DNA of 25,632 nt from contig JBDQID010000001.1 of NCBI GenBank assembly GCA_040264515.1, positions 1 through 25,632 on the forward strand, written 5' to 3'. The stretch's first letter is position 1, and the number at the start of each line of letters is the position of its first letter. The notes under the pieces are model-generated. The model did not search any database, was not told where the DNA came from, and was given only the letters and a program-made list of their open reading frames with translations. Positions 24,605 through 25,632 of the stretch are shown one piece after another. Position numbers and translations under genes: made by a program. Source of the stretch: Chlamydiales bacterium (GTDB lineage: Bacteria > Chlamydiota > Chlamydiia > Chlamydiales > JBDQID01).

Positions 24605-25632
24605 ATGCAAAATATCACTACCATTCTTTCAAATAAATTCTCTCAAGCAATAACCACAACCTTTCCGGATCTTACAGATCCTGTTGTGGAAGTGACTCAG
24701 AGCACTCAAGCTCAATTTGGCCACTATCAGTTTAATAGCGCGATGCGTCTTGCTAAAGAGCTGAAGCAAAACCCTCGGAAAATTGCGGAGCAAATCATTA
24801 CAGCCTTTGACTCTTCGATAACGCCTGGGAATAATCTCGTTCACTCTTTAGAAGTTGCAGGCCCCGGCTTTATTAATGTCACAATTGATTCCGCTTTTCT
24901 ATCCGAATCCATTGAAAAGATGTTAACAGACTCCCACCTCGGGATCGAAACACCTGCCAAACAGCAACGGATCGTTATCGACTTTTCTAGCCCAAACGTT
25001 GCAAAAGAGATGCATGTGGGCCATCTACGCTCCACAATTATTGGTGATAGTCTCGCGCGCCTTTTTGAATTTTTAGGCCACGATGTTGTGCGCCTTAATC
25101 ATGTTGGAGATTGGGGCACGCAGTTTGGAATGCTCATCGCTTACATGCAGCTCGAAGAGCCAGAAGTTTTAAAGGGTGAGAAAGAGACAGACCTCTCACA
25201 TCTCATGGGCTGGTACCGCGCATCAAAGAGCCGTTTTGATGAGAGCGAGTCATTCAAAAAAGCGTCTAAAGAAGAAGTCGTGAAGCTGCAAGCCGGAAAT
25301 AAAGAGACGATAGCCGCTTGGAAGCTCATCTGTGAAATTTCTAGAAGGGGATACGAGAAGATTTACGACCTTTTAGATGTGAAAATAACGGAGCGAGGCG
25401 AGTCGTTTTATAATGATCAGCTCCCCTCTGTTGTTCAGGAAATGGAGGCTAAGGGATTGGCTGAAGACTCTTTTGGTGCAACTTGTGTTTTTATTGACGG
25501 CTTTAAAAACAGAGACGGAGATCCTCTGCCACTTATTATTAAGAAATCTGATGGCGGTTTTAATTACGCATCCACGGATCTTGCAGCTATTCGTCATCGT
25601 ATTGATGTAGAAAAGGCTGATCGGATTATTTA
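24605..25632 (+). CDS. argS: Arginine--tRNA ligase, 3'-truncated by the window edge
   Basis: Manual translation from ATG 24605: FGHYQFN.AM.LAK, VAGPGFIN, IVIDFSSPNVAKEMHVGHLRSTIIGD, NHVGDWGTQFG, KSDGG..YASTDLAAI. Open to the end of the window and not in the ORF track. Confidence 0.97.
   Translation, partial: MQNITTILSNKFSQAITTTFPDLTDPVVEVTQSTQAQFGHYQFNSAMRLAKELKQNPRKIAEQIITAFDSSITPGNNLVHSLEVAGPGFINVTIDSAFLSESIEKMLTDSHLGIETPAKQQRIVIDFSSPNVAKEMHVGHLRSTIIGDSLARLFEFLGHDVVRLNHVGDWGTQFGMLIAYMQLEEPEVLKGEKETDLSHLMGWYRASKSRFDESESFKKASKEEVVKLQAGNKETIAAWKLICEISRRGYEKIYDLLDVKITERGESFYNDQLPSVVQEMEAKGLAEDSFGATCVFIDGFKNRDGDPLPLIIKKSDGGFNYASTDLAAIRHRIDVEKADRII

Noticed and set aside
1357-25610. Numerous short (60-210 aa) track ORFs antisense to or out of frame within identified genes, e.g. 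5841..6473, 21543..21905, 24629..25597
   Set aside because: They are shadow ORFs of well-supported genes (pgk, pdxS, argS and others), with no motifs or RBS.

Overview
This 25.6-kb window most likely comes from an environmental Chlamydiota genome. That is an inference from a chlamydial-type UhpC, a DUF2709-like gene beside tsaE and a dnaQ-like exonuclease, and the overall gene set. The housekeeping and metabolic genes are sixA, pgk, pdxH, uhpC, System II cytochrome c maturation (resB-like plus ccsA), a Nudix hydrolase, the operon DUF2709-tsaE-engB-dnaQ-pdxS-pdxT, and a partial argS. Interleaved with them are several enzymes that look eukaryote-like or repurposed, most with low-complexity N-terminal leaders. 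These are: (i) an NSF/Sec18-type AAA+ ATPase with an N-domain barrel, about four tandem Nc modules, D1 and no D2, followed 15 bp later by (ii) a heme-oxygenase-fold protein lacking the distal Gly-Asp; (iii) a voltage-sensor/class III cyclase fusion of the ciliate/apicomplexan ACalpha type with altered base-specificity residues; (iv) a ClpA/B-type ATPase with a degenerate first ATPase domain and a ~200-aa acidic Ser-rich leader; (v) a patatin phospholipase; (vi) an Inc-like hydrophobic repeat protein; and (vii) an ORF of at least 363 aa running off the left edge that the ORF track missed. No rRNA, tRNA, CRISPR array, integrase or transposase was seen. All family assignments come from motif recognition by eye, not database searches.
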